A stretch of DNA of 64,000 nt from NCBI GenBank assembly GCA_042564205.1, contig JBHPLN010000001.1:142900-206899 (forward strand), in the 5' to 3' direction. Within the stretch, counting starts at the first letter, position 1. Every line of letters begins with the position of its first letter. Both the position numbers and the translations under genes were made by a program. Positions 28,942 to 38,784 of this stretch are shown here, in pieces. Source of the DNA: Fidelibacterota bacterium. Its GTDB lineage: Bacteria > Fidelibacterota > Marinisomatia > Marinisomatales > JAHJCW01. The notes below the pieces were generated by a model that was not told where the DNA came from, did no database searches, and worked only from the letters and a program-made list of their open reading frames with translations.

Positions 28942-30621
28942 CTATCCTTCTTCTTCTTCTCCTTCGATATCGGGAAGTGTAATATCTATATAGCCTCTAA
29001 TATTCTGATCGGTATTTACCCTGGCCCAGACGCGGACAACCGACCCGACGTATTGTTCAGGGTAGAACAGGCGTGTTTGGGCCGTTGGTGCCTCCCCCGG
29101 CTCGTTGATAGTTGCCTTCTCATCAATTGCACCAATATAGTTTTCCGAAAGCCAGAATGTAATGACTTCACCGTAAATCGGATTCGCGTTCTCGTCGGCA
29201 AAAATAGCAGTGACTATCAGCAGTCCAACACCCTCAGCCAGTTCATGTTCACCAACTATACTGGATTCGGCTGGAGCCCAACCCAGAAGAAGTGTTTTAC
29301 TTTGCGGTTTCAGAAAGGTTACCTGTTTTTCATCAGCAACATGGCTACCGAATGATCCCTGAAATGTCGCTACTGTGTTGCTCCCAACGAGATCAGTCCT
29401 GAGTGTATCCAGGGTTTCGCCGAGAGCATTCGTTTTCGAATATGGCTTTATAGTGCCCGCAGATGTGGCCCATTGTATATTCATACCGCCCAGAGCCGCG
29501 CCTTCCCCTGAAGTCCTTAAAGTCGCTCTTATCTGTGTAAAGCTGGCTCCGTCTCCAACCAAGGTATCGTCCAAAGTTGAGACCAATAGCGTAACCCCCG
29601 GTATAATCAATTCTGACGATTGATCTGAAATGCTTAGTGCTGAAGAGTGAGCACCTGTAACAGTGATTCCAAATTGGTCAATAGTCTTAATATCCGCTGT
29701 CAACACAGAAAATGCTTCACCGTTTTGATCAACCTGAGCTATTTCCGGTAACATTGAACCAACCGAAGATTCAAACTTTGCTGCACTAGACTCAAGCGGT
29801 TTTCCGGTAGTGGATTCAAATAACCGTGTTTTAACAAGAGCCCGATAATAACCATCACTTGACACACCTGCTGAATCCACCTGTACATCAGCGTTAATCC
29901 CAAGAAAAGCGACTGTCGCGACTCTACTTATTTCTGTTCCGCTAACGGTGGCTGTAAGGGAAGCGACTCTGTCAGAAGCGCTGACAATGCTTTTCAACAT
30001 TGTGGTAAATGTTCCATCAGCACCTGTGATACCTGATTGTTCTGTTAGTAGCCCTAAATTTGTAGAGAGCTCTACTGTCAGCCCAGCAATTGTGTTACCA
30101 GATGCGCTTGATACAGTGGCAGTAAGTTCAGTAGCCGAAACTCCATCCGCAAGAATAGAGGTTTGCCCCGGGACTAACGCAATAGACGCTGGTATTTCCA
30201 GGTCGTCTCCTGGTTCAGATCCTTCAGGTACAGGTAGTAGAATTAAGATTAGCGTGTCACTTTTTAGCCCTGTTTGTGCAATTATGCTATCTAGGCCTGC
30301 GGTGCTCCCACTATAATACATTGCCGTTGCTATTCCAGAAGTATCGGTGGTTTCCGAAGCTGTGATTGATCCAATTTGTGCTGAGAATTTTACAAGAAGA
30401 TTCTTTGCCGGCTTCTTGTCTAAATCTAATGCTTTAATTTGGACAATACAGCTATCTACCCCGGTATATAAAATCGACTTGCTTGATTGAAAGCTTTCGA
30501 TTGTCAAAAAATTATCGGCGCTTATGGTTGGACCTATGATTGTGGATTTGTCCGTAGTGCAGGTAAACAATAACAGGGTAATTAATAAATAAAACCCAAG
30601 TAAAAAGCCTCTTTTAATCAT
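28942..30621 (-). CDS. Lipoprotein with about five bacterial Ig-like (Big_1/invasin-type) repeats
   Basis: 559 aa. Lipobox LLFTC. Repeated approx 90-100-aa units with the pattern ADGxSxxxxTATVxxxxGxxxxGxxVxxxTxxG...TxxxGxxxxxLxS. Acidic tail EGEEEEG. Confidence 0.7.
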   Translation of the reverse strand: MIKRGFLLGFYLLITLLLFTCTTDKSTIIGPTISADNFLTIESFQSSKSILYTGVDSCIVQIKALDLDKKPAKNLLVKFSAQIGSITASETTDTSGIATAMYYSGSTAGLDSIIAQTGLKSDTLILILLPVPEGSEPGDDLEIPASIALVPGQTSILADGVSATELTATVSSASGNTIAGLTVELSTNLGLLTEQSGITGADGTFTTMLKSIVSASDRVASLTATVSGTEISRVATVAFLGINADVQVDSAGVSSDGYYRALVKTRLFESTTGKPLESSAAKFESSVGSMLPEIAQVDQNGEAFSVLTADIKTIDQFGITVTGAHSSALSISDQSSELIIPGVTLLVSTLDDTLVGDGASFTQIRATLRTSGEGAALGGMNIQWATSAGTIKPYSKTNALGETLDTLRTDLVGSNTVATFQGSFGSHVADEKQVTFLKPQSKTLLLGWAPAESSIVGEHELAEGVGLLIVTAIFADENANPIYGEVITFWLSENYIGAIDEKATINEPGEAPTAQTRLFYPEQYVGSVVRVWARVNTDQNIRGYIDITLPDIEGEEEEG

Positions 30622-30700
30622 TTATGACCTTTATCTGATAATTTACTTTATGCTGAATTTGTAACGAATACACGATAACAACAATATAAAAATTATTCCG

Positions 30701-30735
30701 TTATTAGAATTGCATTATCAGCAAAATTCTAATAA
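30701..30735. repeat. Perfect 11-bp inverted repeat (TTATTAGAATT N13 AATTCTAATAA)
   Basis: Read directly: left arm 30701-30711, right arm 30725-30735. Lies between the glutamate-cysteine ligase stop and the Big-repeat lipoprotein start. Could be a weak AT-rich terminator or an operator. Confidence 0.4.
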
Positions 30736-30822
30736 AAACTAAAAACACCTGTAAATATTATAAGAATCTCTGAGAAATGCAATCATGAAAATGAAATTCA
30801 ATTAATATCTATACTATTGTTT

Positions 30823-32112
30823 TTATTCATTTATTAGAAATTGATCTATCGGTAAATTGCTTTCCGCCAGCTTGTTTTGAATCTGCAATGACATAAGAGA
30901 CTTATTTAAGACCCTATCAACGAAAGGAATTAAAAATTTGCTTTCATTTGTAATTTTGAGTATACGGCTTCTTTCATTCAGACCAATTAAAGCAATGTCA
31001 ATGATTTTTTCCAACCAAAATATCAATGGTTTACCTCTAGGACCTTCTTGAGATAGATCTAAAATTTCTGCGGTTTTATTCAATTTTAATCGTTCGGTAA
31101 TACTCCAATTATTTACTACTTCAAATATTACTTCTTGGGCTTTATCAGATAATAACAAACCCGTCCAGAAAGTTGCCGGCGCCATTTCAAATCCAAGTGG
31201 TGGTCGATCTGAACCTCGAATTTCCAGTACATTTTTAAACCTAACATTTGTGAAAATCTGGTGCAACGCGAGACTGATATTTTCATCAGTTAGTTCGTTT
31301 TTTTGATCAAGAATGCTGAACCATTCGTGAAATGTACCCGCAAATCTTTGGTAGTTGCCTTTTTCATCCGTTATAAAAAGGGCAGGAACCGTCAAAATAT
31401 AGTCAATATACCTATCTAACAGATTTACACTGTTCTTAATTCCATGATCAATCAAATTTTTACATCTGGCATCATCTGTATTGTTCCAAATAATATATCT
31501 AAGATTTTTTGTTCCTACTGGCTTCCCTTGCATAAAGGGACTGTGTGCAAATAGCAAAGCCGTGAAGGGCTCCAGACAATCAGCTATGTAAGCCATGCGC
31601 TCCGCCGACTCTAATGAAGAAAAATCAAGGTTGATTTGCACACTGGTTGTATTGCGCATCATCCATGAGCCGTGCGTTCCAGTAGATTTAAAGTGCTCAA
31701 ACATTAGGCGGTATTTTTCTTGATCAATTAATTCTACAAGTTCTGGTTCAAAGAGAGGATCTACAGCAAAATCAATTAAGCGCAGTGCATAGTCCTTACA
31801 AATTTCTTGTATGCGCCTAAGGTGTTTCTCATATTGTTCATGTAGGTCGTTAATTGTTAATTCTGGATACGATGCCCACTCAAGCTGGCCTCCTGGTTCT
31901 AGAGAAAATGATGCTTTAGATGAATCGTTTACTTGTTTTTTCTCCATTTCTCTAAGAAACTCATTTGCAGAAAAACACTCGCACGGATTTGCTGGTATGC
32001 GCATTAAATCCTTATCATAGAATAAACATTCTACCTCAAGACCAATAAGACATTTTTCTGGTGGTCTTATATTTGATAGAATGACTGTTTTTATGCGATC
32101 ATTGAGGGTCAT
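30823..32112 (-). CDS. Glutamate--cysteine ligase, GCS2/plant-type family
   Basis: 429 aa. SLEPGGQLEWAS block and downstream TSVQINLD / HSPF blocks characteristic of the GCS2-type gamma-glutamylcysteine synthetase family. Confidence 0.8.
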   Translation of the reverse strand: MTLNDRIKTVILSNIRPPEKCLIGLEVECLFYDKDLMRIPANPCECFSANEFLREMEKKQVNDSSKASFSLEPGGQLEWASYPELTINDLHEQYEKHLRRIQEICKDYALRLIDFAVDPLFEPELVELIDQEKYRLMFEHFKSTGTHGSWMMRNTTSVQINLDFSSLESAERMAYIADCLEPFTALLFAHSPFMQGKPVGTKNLRYIIWNNTDDARCKNLIDHGIKNSVNLLDRYIDYILTVPALFITDEKGNYQRFAGTFHEWFSILDQKNELTDENISLALHQIFTNVRFKNVLEIRGSDRPPLGFEMAPATFWTGLLLSDKAQEVIFEVVNNWSITERLKLNKTAEILDLSQEGPRGKPLIFWLEKIIDIALIGLNERSRILKITNESKFLIPFVDRVLNKSLMSLQIQNKLAESNLPIDQFLINE

Positions 32113-32220
32113 ATTTCAGCAGTTTAAACTTTTGAATGTTTAAAATTACTGGGTTAAAGCAATTATTCGAACACCAAAATTAGACAATTGTATCATGTTT
32201 GCCTTATTATGCTTTATATA

Positions 32221-32240
32221 TTGAAAATCTTTTATTTTCA
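32221..32240. promoter_or_regulatory. Candidate TetR operator palindrome TTGAAAAT-CTTT-ATTTTCAA
   Basis: Perfect 8-bp inverted repeat with a 4-nt spacer in the divergent region between the glutamate-cysteine ligase and the TetR gene, about 70 nt upstream of the TetR start. Confidence 0.3.
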
Positions 32241-32311
32241 AAACCCTATTATGACCGAAATATTATTTTAGTATTTAAATATGGTGTAGTAAATAAGGAG
32301 ATTTTGAGGTT

Positions 32312-32887
32312 ATGTTTTCAGCCTCATTACACATCATGACAAATCATTCTCAAAAGACTGACCAAATCGCAGGAGCTTTTCAAGACCAATTTGAAATCGT
32401 AGGATTCCAGCGCACTTCACTTGATGCAATCGCCAGTTCGTTACATGTCAGCAAAAAAACCATATATAAAATATTTGGCAGCAAGCGTAGTATCCTGGAG
32501 CATATTGTACGAAAAAAGTCTATTCAAATTAGCAATAAAATGGAAAAACAGTTAGACGCTCTTTCAACGGATAGAAGGAAAATTGAATGGTTGGTGTCTC
32601 AAGCATTTCAGTTATCAGGTAAACGGATAAAAAAAGGTGCTGTCACAAAAAAACGCTATAAAAATGAATTATTATTTTCCGCATATGATAAAGCATTATT
32701 TGAATCTTTCCGAAATTCTATTAAAGATGGAGCGCGGCGTAATGTTTTTATTGTAAAAGATGTTAATCTTACTGTCAAAATAATTCAAGGGATTATAGTT
32801 TGCGCCAATCAGATCTTAATTGCCAAACCGAATATCAATGTCGAACCGGAAATAACACGCACTGTATTAAAATTACTATTGCCGTAA
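32312..32887 (+). CDS. TetR/AcrR family transcriptional regulator
   Basis: 191 aa. N-terminal HTH FQRTSLDAIASSLHVSKKTIYKIFGSKRSIL. AAGGAG upstream. An alternative start at ATG 32336 is possible. Confidence 0.85.
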   Translation: MFSASLHIMTNHSQKTDQIAGAFQDQFEIVGFQRTSLDAIASSLHVSKKTIYKIFGSKRSILEHIVRKKSIQISNKMEKQLDALSTDRRKIEWLVSQAFQLSGKRIKKGAVTKKRYKNELLFSAYDKALFESFRNSIKDGARRNVFIVKDVNLTVKIIQGIIVCANQILIAKPNINVEPEITRTVLKLLLP

Positions 32888-33080
32888 GGCCTGTTCAATT
32901 TCCAATTATTTCATATCGAATTAATTTCAAAATATATTCTCGCTAGTTCTAAAAATATTTTTTATGTTTTAAAAGGTTTTTCGAAAAGTAACGCCGATAG
33001 TTAATCTCTATCTTGCACGCTACACGCTCTATTGATTAATTTTAAATCTTTATTAAACACAATCAAAGCGAGTTAGATTA

Positions 33081-35789
33081 ATGACAAAATATATTTATTC
33101 CTTTGGAAACGGCAAAGCTGATGGTAACGCTACCATGAAAAATCTTTTAGGCGGCAAGGGTGCTAACCTTGCGGAAATGACCAGCCTCAACATTCCTGTT
33201 CCTCCTGGATGCACAATTACTACTGAAGTATGTAATTATTATTATGAGAACCAGAATTCTTTTCCTGCTGTTCTGGATTCTCAGGTCTCAGAAGCATTAA
33301 AAAATATTGAAACTATTATTGGCAAAAGATTTGGCGATGAAAGTGATCCGCTTCTGGTTTCGGTCCGTTCTGGGGCTCGTCAATCAATGCCCGGAATGAT
33401 GGAAACAGTCTTAAACCTTGGTCTTACTTCAAAAACACTGCCTGGCTTAATTGAAAAGTCTGGTAATGAGCGTTTTGCATATGATGCATACCGAAGATTA
33501 ATTATGATGTATGCTGATGTGGTTATGGAAAAAGCAGAGGATCGCAGTCCTGTTGGTGGTGAGGGCATACGACATATCCTTGAGAATATTTTAGAGGACT
33601 TTAAAAAAGAAAACAATTATTTATCTGACGTGGATCTGTCCGCCAGCGATTGGAAAATTTTATCAGAGAAATTCAAAGAAACCATAAAATCAGAATTGAG
33701 TTCTGAATTCCCTGATGATCCCATGGATCAGTTATGGGGAGGAATCAAAGCAGTATTCAAAAGTTGGAACGGACGCCGTGCCGTGAGTTATAGAAAAATT
33801 GAAGGAATACCAGAAGCCTGGGGTACAGCAGTAAATGTTCAGGCGATGGTTTTTGGAAACCTTGGAGATAAATCTGCAACTGGTGTTGCCTTTACTCGTA
33901 ATCCTGCTACTGGAGAAAATGTTTTCTTCGGTGAATGGTTACGCAATGCACAGGGCGAAGATGTGGTCGCTGGAATCCGAACTCCCAACCCGCTTAATGC
34001 CGTTGTGGACTCTGCTGATGCCCAATCATCAGAGTCGCTGCAACAAGCCTTCCCCGAAGCTTATACTGCTCTGAATAACATCCGTGAGAATCTTGAGCAG
34101 CATTATCACGAAATGCAGGATATTGAATTTACCATCCAAGATGAACGCTTGTGGATGCTTCAAACAAGAACAGGAAAACGCAACGGTCACGCCGCTATTA
34201 AAATGGCCGTTGATATGGTTCATGAAAATTTAATTAACAAAGAAGAAGCGTTGCTACGTGTCGCCCCCAGCCAGCTTGACGAATTGTTGCACCCCATGGT
34301 CGACCCAAAAGAAGAGCTGAAAACAGCTCCTCTAGCAAAAGGCCTCCCTGCTGGTCCTGGTGGCGGAAGTGGTCAAATAGTATTCACAGCCGATGACGCT
34401 GAAGCCCAAGCTGCCGAAGGTAAAAAGGTGATTCTGGTTCGCGAAGAAACATCGCCAGAAGATGTGCATGGAATGCATGCTGCTGTAGCCATTCTCACCG
34501 CTAAGGGGGGCATGACCAGCCATGCTGCGTTAGTGGCGCGCGGATGGGGTAAGTGCTGTATTGTTGGATGTGACGCGCTACAGATTAACCTAAACAAGAA
34601 ACAGCTCGAAGTTAATAATAGGGTTTTAAAGGAAGGCGACTGGATAACGCTGAATGGTACCGCCGGTAAAGTTTACGAAGGTCAACTGACTTTACTCGAT
34701 TCTGATCCCGAGACACATAATGAATATGCTGAGTTGATGCAGTGGGCTGACGCCACGCGACGCTTAAAGGTACGGACAAACGCTGATCGCCCAGAGGATG
34801 CGAGTCTTGCCCGAAGTTACGGAGCACAGGGTATTGGGCTCTGTCGAACAGAACACATGTTTTTTGATCCCCAGCGAATCCTAGCAATTCGAAAGATGAT
34901 TCTTGCCGATTCAGAAGAAGTACGTCGGTCAGCGGTCATGGAGTTGCTTCCTTATCAAAAGCATGATTTTAAAGGCATCCTGAAAGCAATGCAAGATTTG
35001 CCGGTTACGATTAGACTCTTAGATCCGCCGCTGCATGAATTTATGCCGCAGACCGCTGAACAAATTGATGAATTGGCTGAAGAACTTGGAATTACTGCTG
35101 AAGAAATCCAAACTCGGATTGCTAATTTGCACGAATTTAATCCGATGTTAGGACACCGTGGCTGCCGGTTAGGAATTGCCTACCCTGAAATTACCGAAAT
35201 GCAGTCACGCGCAATTCTCGAAGCTGCCGCTGAATTGACAAAAGAGGGCATAACTGTGTTGCCCGAGATAATGATACCTCTGGTTGGATCGTCCGCTGAG
35301 TTTCAGAATCAAGAAATGCTTGTTCGCAAGCTTGCCAAACAGGTAATGAAAGAAACCGCGATAACTTTTAATTATCTCGTGGGAACAATGATTGAGCTGC
35401 CAAGAGCCTGTTTAGTCGCTGATGAAATAGCAAAGTCTGCTGAATTTTTCAGCTTTGGTACAAATGATCTTACGCAAACAACTTATGGTTTCAGTCGTGA
35501 TGATATTGGGGGCTTCCTGCCGGTTTATCTTGAGCAGAAAATTCTTCCTCAGGATCCATTCCAGAGCCTAGATACATCAGGCGTTGGGCAATTGGTAGAG
35601 CTGGCCGTGAAAAAGGGTCGGGATGTTAAAAGTGGATTAAAGATTGGTATCTGTGGTGAACATGGCGGTGATCCGGCTAGCGTAGAATTCTTTCATAACA
35701 CCGGATTAGATTATGTCAGCTGCTCGCCTTTCCGTGTCCCGGTGGCAAGGTTAGCTGCAGCCCAGGCAGAATTAAAAGGTAAGAATTAA
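33081..35789 (+). CDS. ppdK: Pyruvate, phosphate dikinase
   Basis: 902 aa. ATP-grasp N-terminus, phospho-His domain GGMTSHAALVARGWGK, and PEP/pyruvate domain blocks (GLCRTEHMF, FFSFGTNDLTQ, GICGEHGGDP). Confidence 0.97.
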   Translation: MTKYIYSFGNGKADGNATMKNLLGGKGANLAEMTSLNIPVPPGCTITTEVCNYYYENQNSFPAVLDSQVSEALKNIETIIGKRFGDESDPLLVSVRSGARQSMPGMMETVLNLGLTSKTLPGLIEKSGNERFAYDAYRRLIMMYADVVMEKAEDRSPVGGEGIRHILENILEDFKKENNYLSDVDLSASDWKILSEKFKETIKSELSSEFPDDPMDQLWGGIKAVFKSWNGRRAVSYRKIEGIPEAWGTAVNVQAMVFGNLGDKSATGVAFTRNPATGENVFFGEWLRNAQGEDVVAGIRTPNPLNAVVDSADAQSSESLQQAFPEAYTALNNIRENLEQHYHEMQDIEFTIQDERLWMLQTRTGKRNGHAAIKMAVDMVHENLINKEEALLRVAPSQLDELLHPMVDPKEELKTAPLAKGLPAGPGGGSGQIVFTADDAEAQAAEGKKVILVREETSPEDVHGMHAAVAILTAKGGMTSHAALVARGWGKCCIVGCDALQINLNKKQLEVNNRVLKEGDWITLNGTAGKVYEGQLTLLDSDPETHNEYAELMQWADATRRLKVRTNADRPEDASLARSYGAQGIGLCRTEHMFFDPQRILAIRKMILADSEEVRRSAVMELLPYQKHDFKGILKAMQDLPVTIRLLDPPLHEFMPQTAEQIDELAEELGITAEEIQTRIANLHEFNPMLGHRGCRLGIAYPEITEMQSRAILEAAAELTKEGITVLPEIMIPLVGSSAEFQNQEMLVRKLAKQVMKETAITFNYLVGTMIELPRACLVADEIAKSAEFFSFGTNDLTQTTYGFSRDDIGGFLPVYLEQKILPQDPFQSLDTSGVGQLVELAVKKGRDVKSGLKIGICGEHGGDPASVEFFHNTGLDYVSCSPFRVPVARLAAAQAELKGKN

Positions 35790-37180
35790 CTCAACGGTTT
35801 AAATTTTGCAGTAAAGTGCCGTAGAAAGCGGGGCTGTTCAATTATTTCATAGCCTTTCAGTCGATTGCGGTTTTTATATACATCCCGGGCTACTTCGATT
35901 ACATAGTCAATATGACTTTGCGTGTGGGTTCGGCGTGGTAAAGCAAATCTAACCAACTCCATTTCAGCGGGCGTTTCTTTTCCGGTTTCCTGGCTTATCG
36001 AACCAAACATGACCGAGCCAATTTCTACTGTTCTTATTCCGCCTGTGAGATAGAATTCGACGGATAGGCTTTGGGCTGGATAGTGTTCGGGAGAAATGTG
36101 GGGTAAAAGCGCTTTTGCATCAATATAAATTGCATGTCCTCCCGGAGGCTGAACAATTGGGTATCCTAGTTCAACCAAATGATTTCCTAAATATTGGGTT
36201 TCAGCTATTCGATATTTTAAATAATCCTCATCCAGAACTTCCTGTAAACCAACCGCGATTGCTTCCAGGTCTCGTCCTGCCAGGCCACCGTATGTTGGGA
36301 AGCCCTCGGTCAAAATCAGGAGATCTTTTTCCCGTTGAGCTAAATTGCTGTCATTTGTGCAAAGAAATCCACCAATATTCGCCAACCCATCCTTCTTTGC
36401 GCTCATGGTACATCCATCGGCATAGCCCATCAATTCCTGCACAATTGATTTAACTGAGCGATTGGTATAGCCTGGCTCTCTGAGTTTTATGAAATATGCA
36501 TTTTCGGCGAAACGGGCAGCGTCGAAATATAGCGGAATACCATATTTATCAAGTATGCCCTTCACTTCCTTTACATTTTGCAAGGATACTGGCTGGCCGC
36601 CACCAGAATTATTTGTTATAGTTAACATGCAAAGTGGAATTTTATCGACGCGTTTTGATATGATTAGATCTTCTAGTTTTTGAATATCCATATTGCCTTT
36701 GAACAAATGTTTGTTTTGCGGATCTTTTCCTTCCGGTATCACTAGATCAATTGCCTGAGCGCCTTGATATTCAACATTAGCACGAGTCGTATCGAAATGA
36801 GTGTTGTTCGGAACAATATCGCCTGGTTTACACATTACGGAAAACAGTATTCGCTCGGCGGCGCGTCCCTGATGGGTTGGAATCACGTTTTTAAACCCAA
36901 AAATATCTTTCACGGCGGATTCAAATCTTTCAAAACTTGGACTACCAGCATAAGCTTCATCTCCACGCATTATAGCTGCCCATTGTTCGGAACTCATCGC
37001 GCCAGTACCGCTGTCAGTTAAAAGATCAATCAATACATTCTTCGATTTTATTTTGAATAAATTATAGTCTGCCTCTCTTAAATATTTTTCCCGCTCTTCT
37101 TTTGTGGTCATTTTGATTGGAGACACGGATTTTATGATAAATGGTTCAATTATTGTCCGATAAGATGGTTCTTGTGACAT
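35786..37180 (-). CDS. Beta-eliminating lyase: tryptophanase / tyrosine phenol-lyase family (PLP-dependent)
   Basis: 464 aa. DLLTDSGTGAMS, PTHQGRAAE and the PLP-Lys block MSAKKDGLANIGGFLC. Substrate (Trp vs Tyr) not resolvable by eye. The stop overlaps the ppdK stop (TTAA). Confidence 0.88.
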   Translation of the reverse strand: MSQEPSYRTIIEPFIIKSVSPIKMTTKEEREKYLREADYNLFKIKSKNVLIDLLTDSGTGAMSSEQWAAIMRGDEAYAGSPSFERFESAVKDIFGFKNVIPTHQGRAAERILFSVMCKPGDIVPNNTHFDTTRANVEYQGAQAIDLVIPEGKDPQNKHLFKGNMDIQKLEDLIISKRVDKIPLCMLTITNNSGGGQPVSLQNVKEVKGILDKYGIPLYFDAARFAENAYFIKLREPGYTNRSVKSIVQELMGYADGCTMSAKKDGLANIGGFLCTNDSNLAQREKDLLILTEGFPTYGGLAGRDLEAIAVGLQEVLDEDYLKYRIAETQYLGNHLVELGYPIVQPPGGHAIYIDAKALLPHISPEHYPAQSLSVEFYLTGGIRTVEIGSVMFGSISQETGKETPAEMELVRFALPRRTHTQSHIDYVIEVARDVYKNRNRLKGYEIIEQPRFLRHFTAKFKPLS

Positions 37181-37247
37181 ATAATACCTCTGAATTGAAA
37201 ATAGCAGTTAGTGTCCTAAAAATATATTAAATAATATATCAATTAAG

Positions 37248-38759
37248 CTAAAGCGAATATATTTCGCTGTATTTTTCCTCCAGATAATCCATAAATGGGG
37301 CTGCCGATAGCGGTGTTTCGGTAATATCCATAATTAATTCGGAAGCCGTTTTACGGCGGCCAATCGAATGTATGTTTTTTCTAAGCCATTCCCGCAGCTC
37401 CAATAAATCTCCGCTGGCAATCTTTTTTTCGTAGTCAGCAATTTCTGTTTTTGCTTTATTCAAGATTGGTACATTATACAAATTCCCCAATGTATAAGTC
37501 GGAAAATATCCAAAACCGCCAAAAGACCAATGAACGTCCTGTAGAACGCCAAAGGAATCGTTTGGTGGGCAAATTCCTAAATATTCTTCCATTTTATTAT
37601 TCCAGATTTCAGGTAATTCGGTTACTGAAAGGCCATCATTAATAATCATTTTTTCAATTTCAAACCGCAACATTATATGCAGATTATAAGTCACTTCATC
37701 GGCTTCTACCCGAATCAAAGATGATTTAATCGTATTTATGGCTTTGTAAAATTGGTCCAGTGAAGTTTTGTTGAGTTGATCCGGAAAGACTTTTTGGAGT
37801 TTTGGATAATAATGTCTCCAGAACGGCTTACTTCGCGCTACCAGGTTTTCCCAAAGACGTGATTGACTTTCATGTATCCCATATGAAATCGCCTGAGAGA
37901 ATGGCGTACCAAATGATTCCGCTTGCAAGCCCTGTTCATATAGGCCGTGACCTCCTTCATGCATTGTGCTACTAAAACCTGCCATCAGGTTATCAGTTTT
38001 AAGTCTTGTGGTTATACGAACATCAGATGGATGAAATTCAATCGTAAAAGGATGGGCCGATCTGTCCTGTCGGCCACGGTTTAAATCGTAGCCCATATCT
38101 TTGAGGACCATTAATCCGAATTCCCATTGTTTTTGTTCATCGTAATCCTGGTGAAGTATAGCCCGTCCTGTATCAATCTTCGACTGAGTTATTTTTTTTA
38201 CTAAAGGCACAAGCCGTTCTTTTACGTCGTTGAATATCTTGGTTACTTCAACCGATGTCATCCCCGGCTCAAATTCGTCTAATAGTGTATCGTAATTCGT
38301 CCCTTTTTTGCCCAGATATTCTATTTCTTTGAATTTGAGATTTATTATTTTTTCTAAGATAGGAGTGAATTCACCAAAATTATTTTCTGTTTTTGCCTTT
38401 ACCCAGATTTGCTGCGCGCGTGATGTTGTCCGTGCCAGTTCTTCAACGAAATCCTTTGGTAGGGCTGAAGCCCGGTGAAAATCTTTCCAGATTTCCTGTA
38501 TCAATCTATGATCATCCTCGGTCACATTGTCCCGCACTACGCCTGAATCAAGATCAACTAATTCACCTAGCGGCCCCCGGACATTATCTCCGACAAATTT
38601 CTCATGTACTAGAGATTCAAGTAAGGCAATCTGGTTAGCCCGCGCTTCTCCACTGTTTTTTGGCATGTATGTTTCTTGGTCCCAATGTAGCAATGCTGTT
38701 GCGCCTTTGAGATTGGCTACTGTTCGCAATTCTTTCTTTAGTTGTTCTAGTGGGGTCAT
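37248..38759 (-). CDS. M32 family carboxypeptidase (carboxypeptidase Taq type)
   Basis: 503 aa. HPF block (SAHPFT), zinc motif HEGGHGLYEQG, and the downstream HESQSRLWEN and IRVEADEVTYNLHI blocks typical of M32. Confidence 0.92.
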   Translation of the reverse strand: MTPLEQLKKELRTVANLKGATALLHWDQETYMPKNSGEARANQIALLESLVHEKFVGDNVRGPLGELVDLDSGVVRDNVTEDDHRLIQEIWKDFHRASALPKDFVEELARTTSRAQQIWVKAKTENNFGEFTPILEKIINLKFKEIEYLGKKGTNYDTLLDEFEPGMTSVEVTKIFNDVKERLVPLVKKITQSKIDTGRAILHQDYDEQKQWEFGLMVLKDMGYDLNRGRQDRSAHPFTIEFHPSDVRITTRLKTDNLMAGFSSTMHEGGHGLYEQGLQAESFGTPFSQAISYGIHESQSRLWENLVARSKPFWRHYYPKLQKVFPDQLNKTSLDQFYKAINTIKSSLIRVEADEVTYNLHIMLRFEIEKMIINDGLSVTELPEIWNNKMEEYLGICPPNDSFGVLQDVHWSFGGFGYFPTYTLGNLYNVPILNKAKTEIADYEKKIASGDLLELREWLRKNIHSIGRRKTASELIMDITETPLSAAPFMDYLEEKYSEIYSL

Positions 38760-38784
38760 TTTTTCACTCCAATTAATAAATTAT

